Positions 47,832 to 61,061 of a stretch of DNA of 61,101 nucleotides are shown here, one piece after another. The notes beneath the pieces were generated by a model. That model searched no databases and was not told the origin of the DNA. It saw only the letters and a list, made by a program, of their open reading frames with translations. The position numbers and the translations under genes were made by a program. How positions within the stretch are numbered: the stretch's first letter is position 1; each line of letters starts with the position of its first letter. The stretch is from Octopus bimaculoides (Eukaryota), in the NCBI RefSeq assembly GCF_001194135.2, contig NC_068985.1:105951234-106012334 (forward strand), given 5' to 3'.

Positions 47832-50709
47832 AATGACGTAGCAGCGAGCGAAAAATGTCAGTTTTGACTCTATCATAAATAAATGGACACTACCAACAGT
47901 AACAGCTACCATCCTGGGGCCGGTGTCTGAAATCAGGTTAAGTTCAATTATACATTATTATACCTTCTGTCTACTCTTTCCTTATCTAATAACAACTTGT
48001 CTTTGCTTTAATATTATTTTATAAATTCGAAGATTTAACTTTTCTGTTAAAACAATGAAGATATGCCTGATAAAAAGTTATTTCAAATATTTTTTACCTC
48101 AATAATATCAATCTGTATTTGAACTTCGTATCTCTGACTTTGGACATATTTCATCATAGTTTGATACGTATTTTAAATTTTGTTAGCATATATAGTTTCC
48201 TTAATTGAAACAAACTCACCAAGTTAACCGAATATGGTGTCACAACACCAAATACACAGATTTTAGTTTAAATTACAGTAGCATTTATTGCTAAATTAAT
48301 GTAGTTATTGTTTAATCTTAGGAAAGTCTTGATCCAACAAACATGATCAAAGATATTCCAGATGTCACTGTCCCGTGTTTTGAGACTGTAGGATGAGGAG
48401 GCATAACTACAGTTTGGTACCCCATCTCCCTTGTTATGTTGGATGTGATTTGAGGGAAATTAAGTTATTTCTACCAGGATCCCTTGTTGGGTTGATCATT
48501 ACTCAGTGTATAAAGTCTGTTACAGCCCTGTAAAATAACAGCCGATAATGAACTTTTGGATGTCAAACTGAAATACCTAGAAGTAAAAGTATTTGATTCT
48601 GACTATTAAAACATCGAAATTAGATTTAAATCTATGCAACAAAAAAGTTGTTTTTAACTATGTATATTGTGCGAAATTAAATATATATGCAATATTTATA
48701 ATGGACAATTATTATTATAAACGTACAAAAGTAAACAGGATGAAAATGCAGAAATAAAAAGAAGGAAAGAAAAAAGAAATCAGTAAATAGATGCAAGTGT
48801 TTCTGAGGTAAATCCTGTCAAAGTTAACCTTGTCTTTCATTTCGCACCCTGGGGGGTGGGGGGGACAATAAAATAAAGTACCAGTTAAGTACTGAGAACG
48901 ATGATATCGACCAACCCCTTCCCTAAAAATTGCTGGCCTTGTGCCTAAATCAGAAACTATTTATCCAATGCAACCAGTAACAGTCCGTGTCGTCGGCAAA
49001 TAATGAAAACCAAATAGTGAAAAGTTTGTGAAGTGGAATAAACTATTTTGTTACGGAGGAAGAGAAGACATTTCGTGGGGAAAAACAAAGTTTTGTAGAA
49101 GAGAGATGCAATGTTTTCCTCACACCAAATTTATTTTTTAACTCTTATGAACTTTCCCTAAATATTAACATAATTAATGTCATTGATCTGGTAATTTTTT
49201 TTGTTACGTCTAGGGAGAGTCATCATGCCAATATAACTAACACACACACTGGTTCAATTCCACTCATTTATTAAATATCCGATTTTTTTTTTGCCAAAGC
49301 TCTTTCGTTGTTTTTTTTGTTTTTTTTTTTGCAACCTTCTCAGTGACTATCGACTCTGTCCGTTCATTTTGTTACATTTTTAGGGTATCCTCTGCTTTTA
49401 CGATCTTAAATTCCATCTGCATGTGTTTCATTCTTGGTCCCCAGTTCTTTGGGAACGAAATATACATAGATACATGTATACATATATAAGGCCAATTTTG
49501 AATTTAGGAACGTAAAAGCGCGGATACCCCATTATATCGTTGGGTCATGAATTTGTTGTGGCAGCGATCGACCCTATGTTCCAGGAAGACATTTCTACCG
49601 ACACCGGTTCACTTAGGGACCTGGTTAATTAAGTTGTAGACTTTTGTTAATTGTGTATCTAAATCAGGAATTAATGACATTTCTCTGATGTTCGTGGCTT
49701 TAAAATTCGTCAGAAAGGAAACAAAAGGAACAATATCAATACACAAAGTTTTTGGAAATTATAAATTATGACTTGTTGGTTATTTACATAGGCCTGCCTT
49801 TTCTGCATATTAGAAGGGCAATTTTATAACGAATGTTCTAATATCTAACAAGTTTATTCTGTAATTAGTTGATTGTCTATGACTCGACATCCTTTATTGG
49901 TAATCGATTCCTAGTTTCCATGGTTCCCAATCTTGTCCTTTATGTTCCTTCAATAATTTATACGAATGGCCTCTTGTTGACTGATGGAATTCTCAGATAT
50001 CTTTGCTGAGATTGATTTACATTGCTGATGCTAATGAGAAAACTCCGACGTTAGTCTCATAAATCTGTGGCATAAGTAAAGGAAATCGATTAAATGATCA
50101 GTGTAATTAGTTCCCTGTGAGGTGTGACGACGATGCGGTTTCAATTCATGGTTAGTATTCCTTCATTTATCAAAAGAAACCAATAATTCGGATGGATTCT
50201 TTGCTAGCTGTATTCGTTTAGAGGTTCGAAATCTAAAATTTAAGATGTATCAAATCATTTTCTGTGTTTATATAATTGTAATTATTTTGTTAGAATTTAA
50301 ATTGAACGAAAGTCATGAAAAAAAATAAACTAATGTTTTTAAAATGAAATTGAAAACTAAAAAATTTCATTTCTTTCCCTTGTGAAATTTCCTAGAAATT
50401 TAATTTTTTTTAGTATTTTGTTTTTATATTTAAATTTATAAGTTTGTCAAAAGTTGAAAACGAAGAAAATACGTTCTTCAGCATTTGTAATGAAATTTTA
50501 TAATTATAAATGTTTTTAAAAATTGGTTTGCCTTAAACGTACGAAATTTTTGTTTGTTTTAATAACTAATCAATTAAATTCTAAAGAATGAGATATGTGA
50601 AATGCCTCTTTTTACTACAATATTGTGTGCGTTGGGGGTGGATGCGAAATTTCTTTAGAACTTTAAACAGCGGAGGATCACGTGCATAATAAAAGACAAT
50701 AAAGCTCAT

Positions 50710-51025
50710 AATACTGCTGAGACCCCCTTCGACTGACCATGGGATTGTACCTAGAAAGTTACCCTCCCAGTCCGGGCAAAGTTGTTTATGGAAGACCAGC
50801 AGTCGCCCCTCTCCATGCTACCAGTGTTATTCAATGGAAAAGCAAAAGGGCCGATACAGCTTGGCACCTGTGACGTTGCAACTCATTTCTACAGCTGAAT
50901 GAACTGGAGCAAGGTGAAATAGAGTGTCTTGCTCAAGAGCACAACACGCAACCCGGTCCGGGATTCGAACTCTCAACCTCACCATCGTAAGCTCGACGCT
51001 CTAACCACTGAGCCATGCGCCTTCA
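50710..51025 (-). mobile_element. tRNA-derived SINE (family 4)
   Basis: Reverse strand GGCGCATGGCTCAGTGGTTAGAGCG...GTTCGAATCCCG A/B boxes followed by a non-tRNA body; related copies at 45555-45860, 57598-57790, 35520-35760. Confidence 0.75.
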
Positions 51026-51952
51026 CAGTTCATAATATATCATTTAATTATTACATATATAATGCAAAAATACTCCGCAGAAAGCAATAGTCAATAAAAT
51101 AGAAATTAAACTTTAAAATTTATTCTTTCTATGCGGTCCAGTCCGAAATGATTCATGCCTCGATGATTAGTGACTCCCTGATGTAGATGATAATGTTTAA
51201 CATTTGCACAATACCTCATATTTTGTAGGGTGTGGAGTACTGTTGTTGGAAATAACTTTGAATTTGACTGACAGTTATTTATTTTAGGAACTTCGCCTTT
51301 CGTTTCTCTGGATTAAATTTCGTACAGAAGTTTCGCCTCTGACCCCTGAAACTGGTGGAAATTGTCATCTGATGAAAGACCTCAGCCCAAATGTTTGCAA
51401 CAGGGCAGCCCCTGCCAAGGCACCCAAGAACTAGTTACTGGTGTTAAACTAGACGATAGATTAATTCAATTATATGCTTACACTATTTGTGCCCTTGTGC
51501 CAGACTGAAGCAATAGAGTAGCAGACAATGCCTTATATTTAGGTTTGTCCTTCGTGCTCTAAGTTTAAATCCCACCAAATTCAACTTTATCTTTCACCCT
51601 AAAGGATCAATAAAATAACTTCTGGTAAAGTTTAATCATCTTATACCTCTTCCCAAAATTTGGGTCTTGTATTATTATTTTAAAGCCAAGTGGCAAGCTG
51701 GACAAAATATTTAGCAGCAGTTTTTCTGGCTTTACATTTTAAGTTCAAACTCCGTTAAGCTCAGCTTTACCTTTCGTACTTTTCAGGTCAATAAATTAAG
51801 TACCAGTTGAGCACTGGAATTGATGTGATTGACTTATCCCCACTCCTAAAAAAATGGCTGGCCTTGTGCTAAAATGTGAAACTATTATTATTTAAATTTA
51901 TGTAATTATTCTTCTAAATTTCTTTTAACTATTTCAGCCACAAGTCAGCAGG

Positions 51953-54900
51953 ATGGTCACACGTAAGTAAATATTTTTATATATTTTTTAAAATTTTATT
52001 TTCAACTCAACGAGGAAGGATGGCATCTACAGTCATTTCAGGTCATTTGAGACTAGGTGTTGGTGATAATTAAGTGCAATTAGTATGATTAATGTTCAAG
52101 TTGAATTATTAGGGATTAACTGTGAGTGAGAAAATACATCTTAAGAGAGTTCCAGAGAGAGATTACTCTCAAGATGTATCGAATAAAAGTGTTTAATACT
52201 AAGTAAAGTGGGATATGCCAGATGCAAAATTAAAAAACTAGATCTGTATTAAATGGGATAAGATACAGATGGTATATAGTCAACAACTTCAGTGATGTAG
52301 AGACCATGCATTTAGTTACATTCCCTTTTACATTGTGTTCAGATCCTTCTGGGATTTTCTGACCCATGCAAGCATGGAAGCATAGACATTACACCCACCC
52401 CTTAAATTTGTTGTCTTGTGTCAAAGTTAGAAATTATCGCCATCATTATCATCCTCTTCATTATTATTATTCTTGATTTTCAGGACCCAAGACTGCTAGA
52501 AGACTTTTGGTAAGTAGCATCAATAACATTAATTTGTTCTCATTTCCCTGTTGTACATTAGTTATACTGTGAGGTCGTTACTGTCTACTTATTAGTATGA
52601 CTAGTAATCTTTTGATGCAGGGCCATGCTTTTAGTATCAATACAAATACAGTTAGACAGTTCATTTGACTCAGCATGATATGAACATAAAATAAATAGTT
52701 TTAAAATTTAGACTTTTGAATGTATTTTTTTTCATAGTTACACATATTGTTCTGCTATAAAGCTGGCTGTAGCACTTTACAGTTTGGTATATCAAAACAA
52801 GTCTACTAATGTGTCATGTCTAAAATATTAACAAACAATGCCTGTAACAACATTTAAACTTATCACTTGTTATAAACTAAGTATCATTTGTCCATTTCTT
52901 TAATAAAGACAAGGAACTTCTAAGTTTGAACATTATCCAGATACACTGAGTGGCTTAAATGAATGTTTGTTACTCTTTGACTGTCACATGCTGTCTAGTC
53001 ACTTGTGACAGTGACAGGGTTAAAACAATTCTCTTGTTGGCAATAATTAGTATATTCTTCATTATTGTTGTTGTCATCTCCACCACCACCATTAATGATA
53101 TAATAATTGCCTTGTTCAGCAATCATGAGATTAGACAGCTCTGTATGACAGCATCATTTTTCTTATACTTGTAATTTAATGTTGGTGTTTTGCTATTTTT
53201 GGTTATATTATTCATTGTGTATTGGGTAATGGTTGCAAGATGATAATCTTTTTTCTGAATCATCTTGACCCATCAAAGAACATAGAAAAGATTGACACCA
53301 ATTTAGAGTTTTAAGTTGGTGGTGGTGGTTCCAGTTATCTCAATCAAGTTCTATACTGTTTAATGTTGTTGACTAAGCTTCTATTCTAGTTTCTATTGCC
53401 ACCCACCCAAGATATCACCCTATTTCTAATTATTTTATATTTTGATAGGACAATGATAAACCTAAGCCAAGTATCAGGTACGTAAATATTTTCCTTTCAT
53501 ACCTTAATCTCATCTTTTATTTCTTTGTCTACAAAAGTTCTTCCCTATAGCTTCAGTCTCCTCTGGAAGATCCTTCCTGCATACCCTCTCTGCAAAAATC
53601 AGTCTAAATACAAGTTGCACCAACTTCACCTGTCCAGAAGGATCTCAAGAGCTATAGATTCTGCACCTTTTATTCAGACTAAACTTTATATAAACTTACT
53701 ATTCCCTCTTACAGTTAATGTTTTTGACATTACATACCTTCAATATTCAGCCAGAAAACATTACAACTCATTACAATAAACACTTAATTAGAATGTTTCC
53801 CTCCACACATACACTGTAGTAGTTTCCCTTCCTACTTTTTTAATCTCTTTCTAGTTATTTCCCTTTATTATAACAGTCCAGTATTTCTCCTCCCTCCAGT
53901 GCATTATATTTCCAATTTCTTTTCATTTAGCAGTGAAGATTTCTATGCAAACATGGCTGCTGTAGCTGAAGAAGAATCTGACTTAAGCTTATCAGATGTT
54001 GATGCTGACCAGTTGGCTAAGTCATTAGCTGTAAGTCCACCTTGTTAACCCTTGCGATGGTATTGTCATTGAGTAGTCTCAGTATAACACAAAAGTTTCA
54101 ATTAAAGTAAGATTTCATCCATTATATTTTTTTTCGCTGCTTTTGCAGATTCCTATGACTCTCTGTCACCATCCAATTCCATTATGAATTTGAATTGGAA
54201 GCTTGGGTCATAGTGATTACACAACCATGAATGCTTTGCAGTTATTCTCTTGATAGAGCTTGATGATCCTGACCATTAATCTTCTAGGATTTCTTCACTC
54301 AGCGTCAATGTAAGAAGCACCATTGGCTCAATTGAGCTTTTCTGCTACCACTTCACAATCCACTATGCTGCAGTTCCATGACTTTGACATATCCCTGGCA
54401 GGGTGGCTGAATGGCTGCTATGCCTTGCCAAAGGGCTGCCTGTTACTATGCATGGCACAGTCATCACTCCATAAGATATTTTCAGATTACCCGCATACCC
54501 AAATTTGTAATATAACTGTCACCATTTTGTCTGAAGGTTTATGATAGCATTACAGAGTAGCCTCAGTCAATTCTGCTTAAGTAGAGGTTTGGTACAGGGG
54601 TAATAAATTAAAATATTATTGAATCTTTGATACATATAACTATTACCCTCTTATCTTTACTATGGTTGTTGGTTGTGATAGCTTGTGATGAGTGAAACAT
54701 TTAACCGTCATTCTTGGAAATTTAGAAGGAAAATTACTATTACATCAATCTAGTCATATAGCTTGAAGGTTACATTGTTAGACTGCCAAACCAAATGGTC
54801 AGAAGTTCAAAACTAAGAACAGATGTTATTTTTAACTTGAGTACATTGTTTTCCTTAGTATGTCTTGGTTAAACTTTTGGAAAATGATGGAGACAAATGC

Positions 54901-56151
54901 ATAAATTCTTTTATGTCTGTCTTTTTCATCATAAACTTGCTCATTTTTTATGAATTGTTGGAACAGTTTTAGGGATGGATAGCCACCTAACACTCAACCA
55001 TGAAACTGAAACAGTACAGTTGCCCAACCCCTTAATTTTATCGCTGTCAAATGCCTTAGCTTTAGAGCTATTCAACTCCTTAACCACAAAATTTTCCAGT
55101 CCATTATACAAACGAAAGTATCAAGTCTCTTAGCCTTGTAGCTATCTAACCCATAACATCACAGATTCTAGGTCTTTGTAATAAGGTAAAACAAAGTTGT
55201 TTTCAAGATGGTTATTTATTTATTGTAGGATTTGGATGACATGGATGCAGATCTATTTGGTGGGCGGAAGAAAGACTCTGACAACAAGGCATCACAGAAA
55301 TCGAGTTTGGCAGGTACTTCAGAGTCCCACCATCCTCCTAGCAGAGATGGGAGCCAAGATCAAGAAGTAACACAACAGACAAAAGATGAACCACCAAAAA
55401 CATCTTCAACATTGAAGAATCAAGAATCAAAATGTAAATCACTTTCAAAGTTGTTTTCTTTTTTATCATTTTTTTGCACGTGTGAGTGTGTATATGGAGA
55501 TGCACCTCATAATTTGTGTGTATATGTAGATATATGTGTGCATGTATGTAGATATATATATAAATTTATGTTTGTGTACACGTTATCTTTTCTTGTTAAA
55601 CATTTTGAAACCTTGGTTTGAAATTATCCCTTGATCAGTTTGTTGCATTCATTTTTGGTTTACTTCAAGAATGGCTTCACTGAATGACAAATTAACAAAC
55701 CTGATTGATCAATTATTTCCAGTTAACGACAACATAGACTTGACTGGGTTGTTATCTGACGATGACAGCCTTCTTCAATCTATGGACAAGAAAGAGATTA
55801 CTACTAAATTAGCCTCAGATACAACAACAACAACAACCACAACAACAAAACCTGGTTCTACAGATGCACCTCCACCTCCAACAAAGACAACTACACTTAA
55901 CCCATCTCCAAATACTTCCAGTATATCAAAAGTGAAAGAAACTAAAGGTAAAGTAAATATATTTTAAGTCTCTAACAATCCAAGAGGAAAATGATGGAGT
56001 TTTCTCTATTGTCTTTCATGTTTGTGTTCAGGTGTTTGCATGTGTGAGTTTGAATATCTGCATTTATATGTGTATTTCTTTTTTCATTTTTTTGAGCAGA
56101 GAAGCCAGTGCTCATGCATGACCCTTTATCTGTGTGTGTGTATATATATAT

Positions 56152-56182
<31 letters not shown>

Positions 56183-58178
56183 CAAAGGGCTTCCTTCAGC
56201 TTGCTTCCATCTACCAAATCTACTCACAAGGTTTTGGTCAGCCCTAGGCCATAGTAGAAGACACTCACCTGTGGTGCCACATAGTGGAACTGAACCAGAA
56301 TCTGTGTGGGAAGAAAACTTCTTAACCACACAGACACGCCTGTTGGGACAAAGGTTTCTATGTCCAGATACCCTTCCTGGTGGCAACCCACGCCTGTTTC
56401 CATGCGAGGTAATAATCTCACAGTTTTACTATAACAGCTAGTAGAACCCTGAGCAAGAAATATAAAACAGCATGGTGGTCAGGAAATAGCAGAGGAACTG
56501 GAGGTGTGAGAGTTTTGGTGAAGGAAGAAATCTGTGAGAAGGTGGTGAAGGTCAGGAGAAAGAGTGACAGAGTGATAACAGTAGTGTTAGCATTTGAGGA
56601 AGAAGTGGTAAGGGTGATTTGTGGGTATGGTCTGCATACCCACAAATGATAACTGCAAGTGGAGAGATAGAGTGAAAATTGGATCAGAGCTTTGCAGTGA
56701 AAGTTGGTGTGCATCAGGGATCTGTGTTGTCACCATTGTTGTTTGCAATAGTGGTGACGGAGAGTGCAAGAGAGGGACTGTTAATGGAGACACTGGATGC
56801 AGATGACCTTGTTCTGATGAGTGGCTTTAGTTTTGGACTTTTGTCTTAGATATTTAGAAATATACTGAAGTAGATTACATCTGATGTACTGAAATTTTAA
56901 CTGTCTTTGTGTACCATAGTATGGTAGAGTCCACAACTTCTCAAACAATCTCTGAAAATTAATAAATTTGACAACTGGTCCAGTTGGATCAACAGTATTA
57001 AAACAAAAGCTGGAGCTCAGCCCCTAAAATTGAGGGAATATACTACAAGGGCTACTGATTTTCGAGTGTATTTTATACCAACAAGTATTTGATTAGTATC
57101 CACCTAATTCAGTTCATGCAACAATAATTGTAATATCCAGTAAACATTTTTTTTTTTTTTAACTTTTCTAGGACCTGCTACCAAAAAGGCTGTGACATTT
57201 AACAATGAAGATGATATATTTGATGAACTTGGTCTAAATGACAGTCCACAAGAAAATACTCAATCTTCAAAATCTAATCTTGATTATCTTTTTGGAAGAT
57301 CTTCCCCAACAGAAACTTTTGGCACTTCTAAAGACAAAAAATCCCTGGTTGATGATCTTTTGAAGGGTAAACATGTTACTAATTGTAAGTTTGTGTATAA
57401 TTAATTATCTTTTATTCTGCTAGCTTGAACAACAGTAATCAATGCTTTATTAGCAGTTAATTGCTATTCATTAGATTTCTTATCAACCTTACTGATAAGA
57501 TGATAGTGAGATGGGGGTGGGGTGTTGTTGTTCAAATTCATTAGAATGTTGATCCAAATACTTTGCAGTATTTGTTTCACCTCCTTATATCTTGGTGAAG
57601 GCACATAGCCTAGTGGTTAGGGTATTGCACTCAGGATTGCAAACAAGATCATGGTTTTGATTCCTGGACTGGATGGTGTGTTGTGTTCTAGTGTAAAACA
57701 CTTTGTTTCCAGTCCACTCAACTGTAAATGAGTAATCCTGTGACAGACTGGTGTCCTGTTCAGGGGAATGCAGTGATCTCAGTCACTTATACACAATGGA
57801 AATGACTGCTAGTTTGCTGCATCATCATCATCATCAACATTTAATGTCTGCTTTCCATGCTAGCATGGGTTGGACGATTTGACTGAGGACTGGTGAACCA
57901 GATGGCTACACCAGGCTCCAATCTGATTTGGCAGAGTTTCTACAGCTGGATGCCCTTCCTAACGCCAACCACTCCGAGATTGTAGTGGGTGCTTTTACGT
58001 GCCACTGGCACGAAGGCCAGTCAGGCGGTACTGGCAACGGCCATGCTCAAAATGGTGTATTTTACGTGCCTCCTGCACAGGAGCCAGTCCAGCAGCACTG
58101 ACAACGATCTCGCTCGAATGTCTTTTCACATTCCACCGGCACAAGTGCCAGGAAGGCGATGTTGGCCTAATAATATTA

Positions 58179-58210
<32 letters not shown>

Positions 58211-60051
58211 TCAATGTTTTCTCATTATGATTGACCTATTATATTAATGTTCTCTCATTATTACTGCCAGCATCAGAGCAGGGAACGAACAAGGAAGAAG
58301 ACTTCATTTTTGGCTCATATGTACCTTCTGCTGCTGCATCATCAACCTCATTATCAACTACAAGGAGCGGAAGGTGAGCCACATTGATTGCTCTGCTCTC
58401 CCCCCTCTCCCCCCCTCTCTCTCTCTCATGACACAACTCTCATCATTATCATTACCACCATTGTCATTGTTATCAATAGCAGCAACATCACTTGAGCCCA
58501 TGATGTAGCCTCTACATCTTAAATTAACCAAACTAGAAATAGCAGCCACATTGGTTCAAACAATACTATCTTAAAAAATGAAACGAAAAGTCACACTGGA
58601 TTATGTAGTTCTTGTCATCATCATTATTACTACTTTCGTTATCACTTTCATCATTATCATCATCACCTTTATAAAACATCTTGTACTACAAGCCTTGCGT
58701 TTATGTAATGAAATGAAAGTATCTTTATAGATGAAGTCCAAAGGACCTTTAAGAGCCATTTCTTAGCTCTGGTTCTATGGTAATTGACGAATGAAACATG
58801 AATCTTCCCATAGACAAAACACCTATTTATTGCAGTTATTTTCCTTCAAATTCCCATTTTGGCACAGGTAGGATGGTTTGACAAGACTCAATGGATTGGA
58901 GGTCCACATCCTGCTCAAATGTTTCATTTTTTTTTTTTTTTGCATGGTTTCTAAGGTTGGACCTCCTTCCTAACACCAACCATTTTACAGAGTGTATCAG
59001 GTACGTTTTTTTTTTTTCTTGGTACCAGCACTATAGAGGTCACCTTGCCATCAGTAAGTCTAAAGAGCCCTCTCAGGCTCTTTATTGTCACAGCTTCAAT
59101 TGATTACCAATCACTTTTTGTACTGAGTGCTTTATGTGGCACCAGTACTATTGATGGCCATCTTTGTTGTTAAGGTGGTGAGCTGGCAGAATCATTAGAG
59201 TACTAGAAAAAATACCTTGCGGCATTTGTACCAGTACTTTAGGTTCTGAATTCAAATTCAGCTGGGGTCAACTTTGTCTTTGATCCCTCCAGGGTAAGTA
59301 AAATACTAGTTAGTAACTGGGATCAATGTAATCAGCTATCTACCCCACACTCCAACAAGACCCAAATTTTAGGCCTTGTGCCTATGTTAGAAGCAAGTAT
59401 TGTTTATGTTGTTGTTACATTTCCAATTTTCTTTGTCTAATTGATAGATTGCTTGATAAAGGTGAAAGTAAATCTTCCCTGTTGTCAGATAATTCATCCA
59501 AACGAAGAGGGTCCTTTCTGAAGACATCTCTGGATAATGATGATGATGATGATGATGATGACGATGATGATACCTTTGACTGGTTAATGGGAATAAGTAA
59601 AGAAAAGAGCTCAATAAAATCTTCCACATCTCACAAAACAAAGAAGACAACAAAACCAAAAGTAGAAGAAAAGAAGAGTAAAGAGATTGTTTTGGATGAT
59701 GACGATGATGATGACTGGTTAGGAATCAAGAAGGCCACAACTGATACTGAATTAAATGAATCATTCAAAACTGAGATCTCTCACCCAGCTAAACCAAGTT
59801 TGACTCTTAAAGATGTTCTTCCACCTAAAACAGAAACCCCTGGGAAAGTTGAAAAATCTAAGTCTGACGAAAGTTTTGAATTTAATGTCACTCCAAAAAC
59901 AAGTGCCGTCCGAAGAAAATCTAGTGTTGTAACTAAATCAGAACCAACAATTCAAACAAGTGGGGGCCTGGAAAAATCAAGTGCCTTATCAAAATCTGAG
60001 CCCTTTTTTTCTCAACATAATACAGTCCAAGAAAAACCTGAGGAAATAACG
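51953..60051 (+). CDS. FBF1: Fas-binding factor 1 homolog (ciliary transition-fibre/distal appendage protein), 5' partial; continues beyond the window
   Basis: Frame-consistent exons 51938/51953-51962, 52484-52509, 53449-53477, 53931-54030, 55229-55433, 55723-55947, 57172-57366, 58271-58373, 59448-60051. Motifs match recalled FBF1 N-terminal blocks: EDFYANMA...DLDDMDADLFG (human DLDGMDADILG), DDIFDELGLNDSP (DDIMATLGFGDSP), VDDLLKG, EEDFIFGSYVPS (DEDFTFGAYQPT), DDWLGIK. The start codon is uncertain. Confidence 0.82.
53931..54030 (+). CDS. FBF1: FBF1 exon (SEDFYANMAAVAEEESDLSLSDVDADQLAKSLA)
   Basis: Polypyrimidine tract with TAGCAG acceptor; GTAAGT donor. Confidence 0.88.
55229..55433 (+). CDS. 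FBF1: FBF1 exon (DLDDMDADLFGGRKK...)
   Basis: tattgtag acceptor; the donor T|GTAAAT is weak but gives the phase needed by the next exon. Confidence 0.82.
55723..55947 (+). CDS. FBF1: FBF1 exon (NDNIDLTGLLSDDDS..., Thr/Pro-rich)
   Basis: ttatttccag acceptor, G|GTAAAG donor, 225 nt. Confidence 0.78.
56150..56340 (-). mobile_element. tRNA-derived SINE (family 1, 5' part)
   Basis: Reverse-complement similarity to family 1. Confidence 0.7.
56460..56825 (+). mobile_element. RTE-clade LINE fragment (internally deleted; APE endonuclease piece joined to RT piece)
   Basis: KVRRKSDRVITVVL...RVICGYG (APE) followed by KVGVHQGSVLSPLLFAIV...DADDLVLM (RT, YADD-like). Confidence 0.75.
57172..57366 (+). CDS. 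FBF1: FBF1 exon (KAVTFNNEDDIFDELGLNDSP...VDDLLK)
   Basis: Poly-T+TAG acceptor, GTAAAC donor. Confidence 0.85.
57820..58130 (-). mobile_element. Family 2 retroposon
   Basis: Close reverse complement of 43680-43978. Confidence 0.85.
58271..58373 (+). CDS. FBF1: FBF1 exon (EEDFIFGSYVPSAAASS)
   Basis: actgccag acceptor, AG|GTGAGC donor. Confidence 0.85.
59448..60051 (+). CDS. FBF1: FBF1 large exon (poly-Asp runs, DWLMG/DWLG motifs)
   Basis: 604-nt open exon, gatag acceptor, ACG|GTAAAT donor. Confidence 0.85.
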
Positions 60052-61045
60052 GTAAATGCATGGTTATTTTATAAATATAGACATGGGTTATGACTGTGTA
60101 GTTAAGAAGCTTGCTTCCCAACTGTGTGATTTTGTGTTCAGTCCCACTGTATGTCTTCTATTATATCCTCCAGGCCAACCAATGCCTTGTGAGTGAGTAA
60201 ATTTGGTAGAAGGAAACTAAAAGAAGCTCATTGTATATGTATGTGCGTGTGTGTGTGTGTCAGAGTTAATGTCTCCTTCTCTTAACATCACATATTAATT
60301 GTAAGTGAACATCACCACCACACAAGCGGTGTTATTTGCATCCAACCTTATGTGGAAACATGTCTGGTAATGGGGAAACATTATCTTGCTTGGAAACTGG
60401 TTTGGTTAGCAACAGGAACAGCACCAGACAATAGAAAATTAGCTTCAATGAATTCCTCCTGACCCATGCTATCATGGGAAAGTGGATGTTAAACTGAGGC
60501 TGAACAAAGCTTTTATTATTGCACACAACATTGAGTGTAGATGGTTGAGTTGATGGCATACTGGAAAAATGATAAACTATTGGTAACTGAATACGAACAC
60601 AGTAATGATATCTTGTTACCATCAGTTTGTGTCTGTTGCCAAGACAGTAAACTCTGAAAAGCTCAGTTGGCCTATCTCCTACAGGATTGTCATAGTCATA
60701 AATAGATACTGTTGGCTAGTATAAACCATTCCTGTAAGAAACAGCAGCAGCAGATATGAATGATTTGTAAGCTTGTAATATGGGATTCAGTTTCTCCTAG
60801 TAACCTGTCCAGGGCAAGATCTCTTGTGTATTTAATGATTTTATGGTACAAACTGTTTTTTTTTTCTTTTTGTCTTCCTAAAAAATTCTTTTTAATATTT
60901 GGTAAGATGAGTACATCGAAACCGGATATATTTTAAATCACTTACTGTAACAAAAATATTAAACAGTCTCATTCCCTCCTTTTCTATCTCCAATTACACT
61001 GTTTACATAGATGTATTCGTATAGAAAATGTCATAACTTTCAGTC

Positions 61046-61061
61046 TATAGAAAACTTAAAA

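Noticed and set aside
50930-51025. tRNA-like sequence (GGCGCATGGCTCAGTGG...GTTCGAATCCCG on the minus strand)
   Set aside because: It continues into a SINE body shared with other copies and lacks a clean cloverleaf; it is a SINE head, not a tRNA gene.
51288-51435. Candidate upstream FBF1 exon after a ttattttag acceptor
   Set aside because: No convincing donor and the open frame ends in a stop; cannot be supported without transcripts.
55671-55722. ATG-initiated ORF MASLNDKLTN... suggesting a separate gene
   Set aside because: The 5' part is intronic; the real exon starts at 55723 in frame with FBF1.
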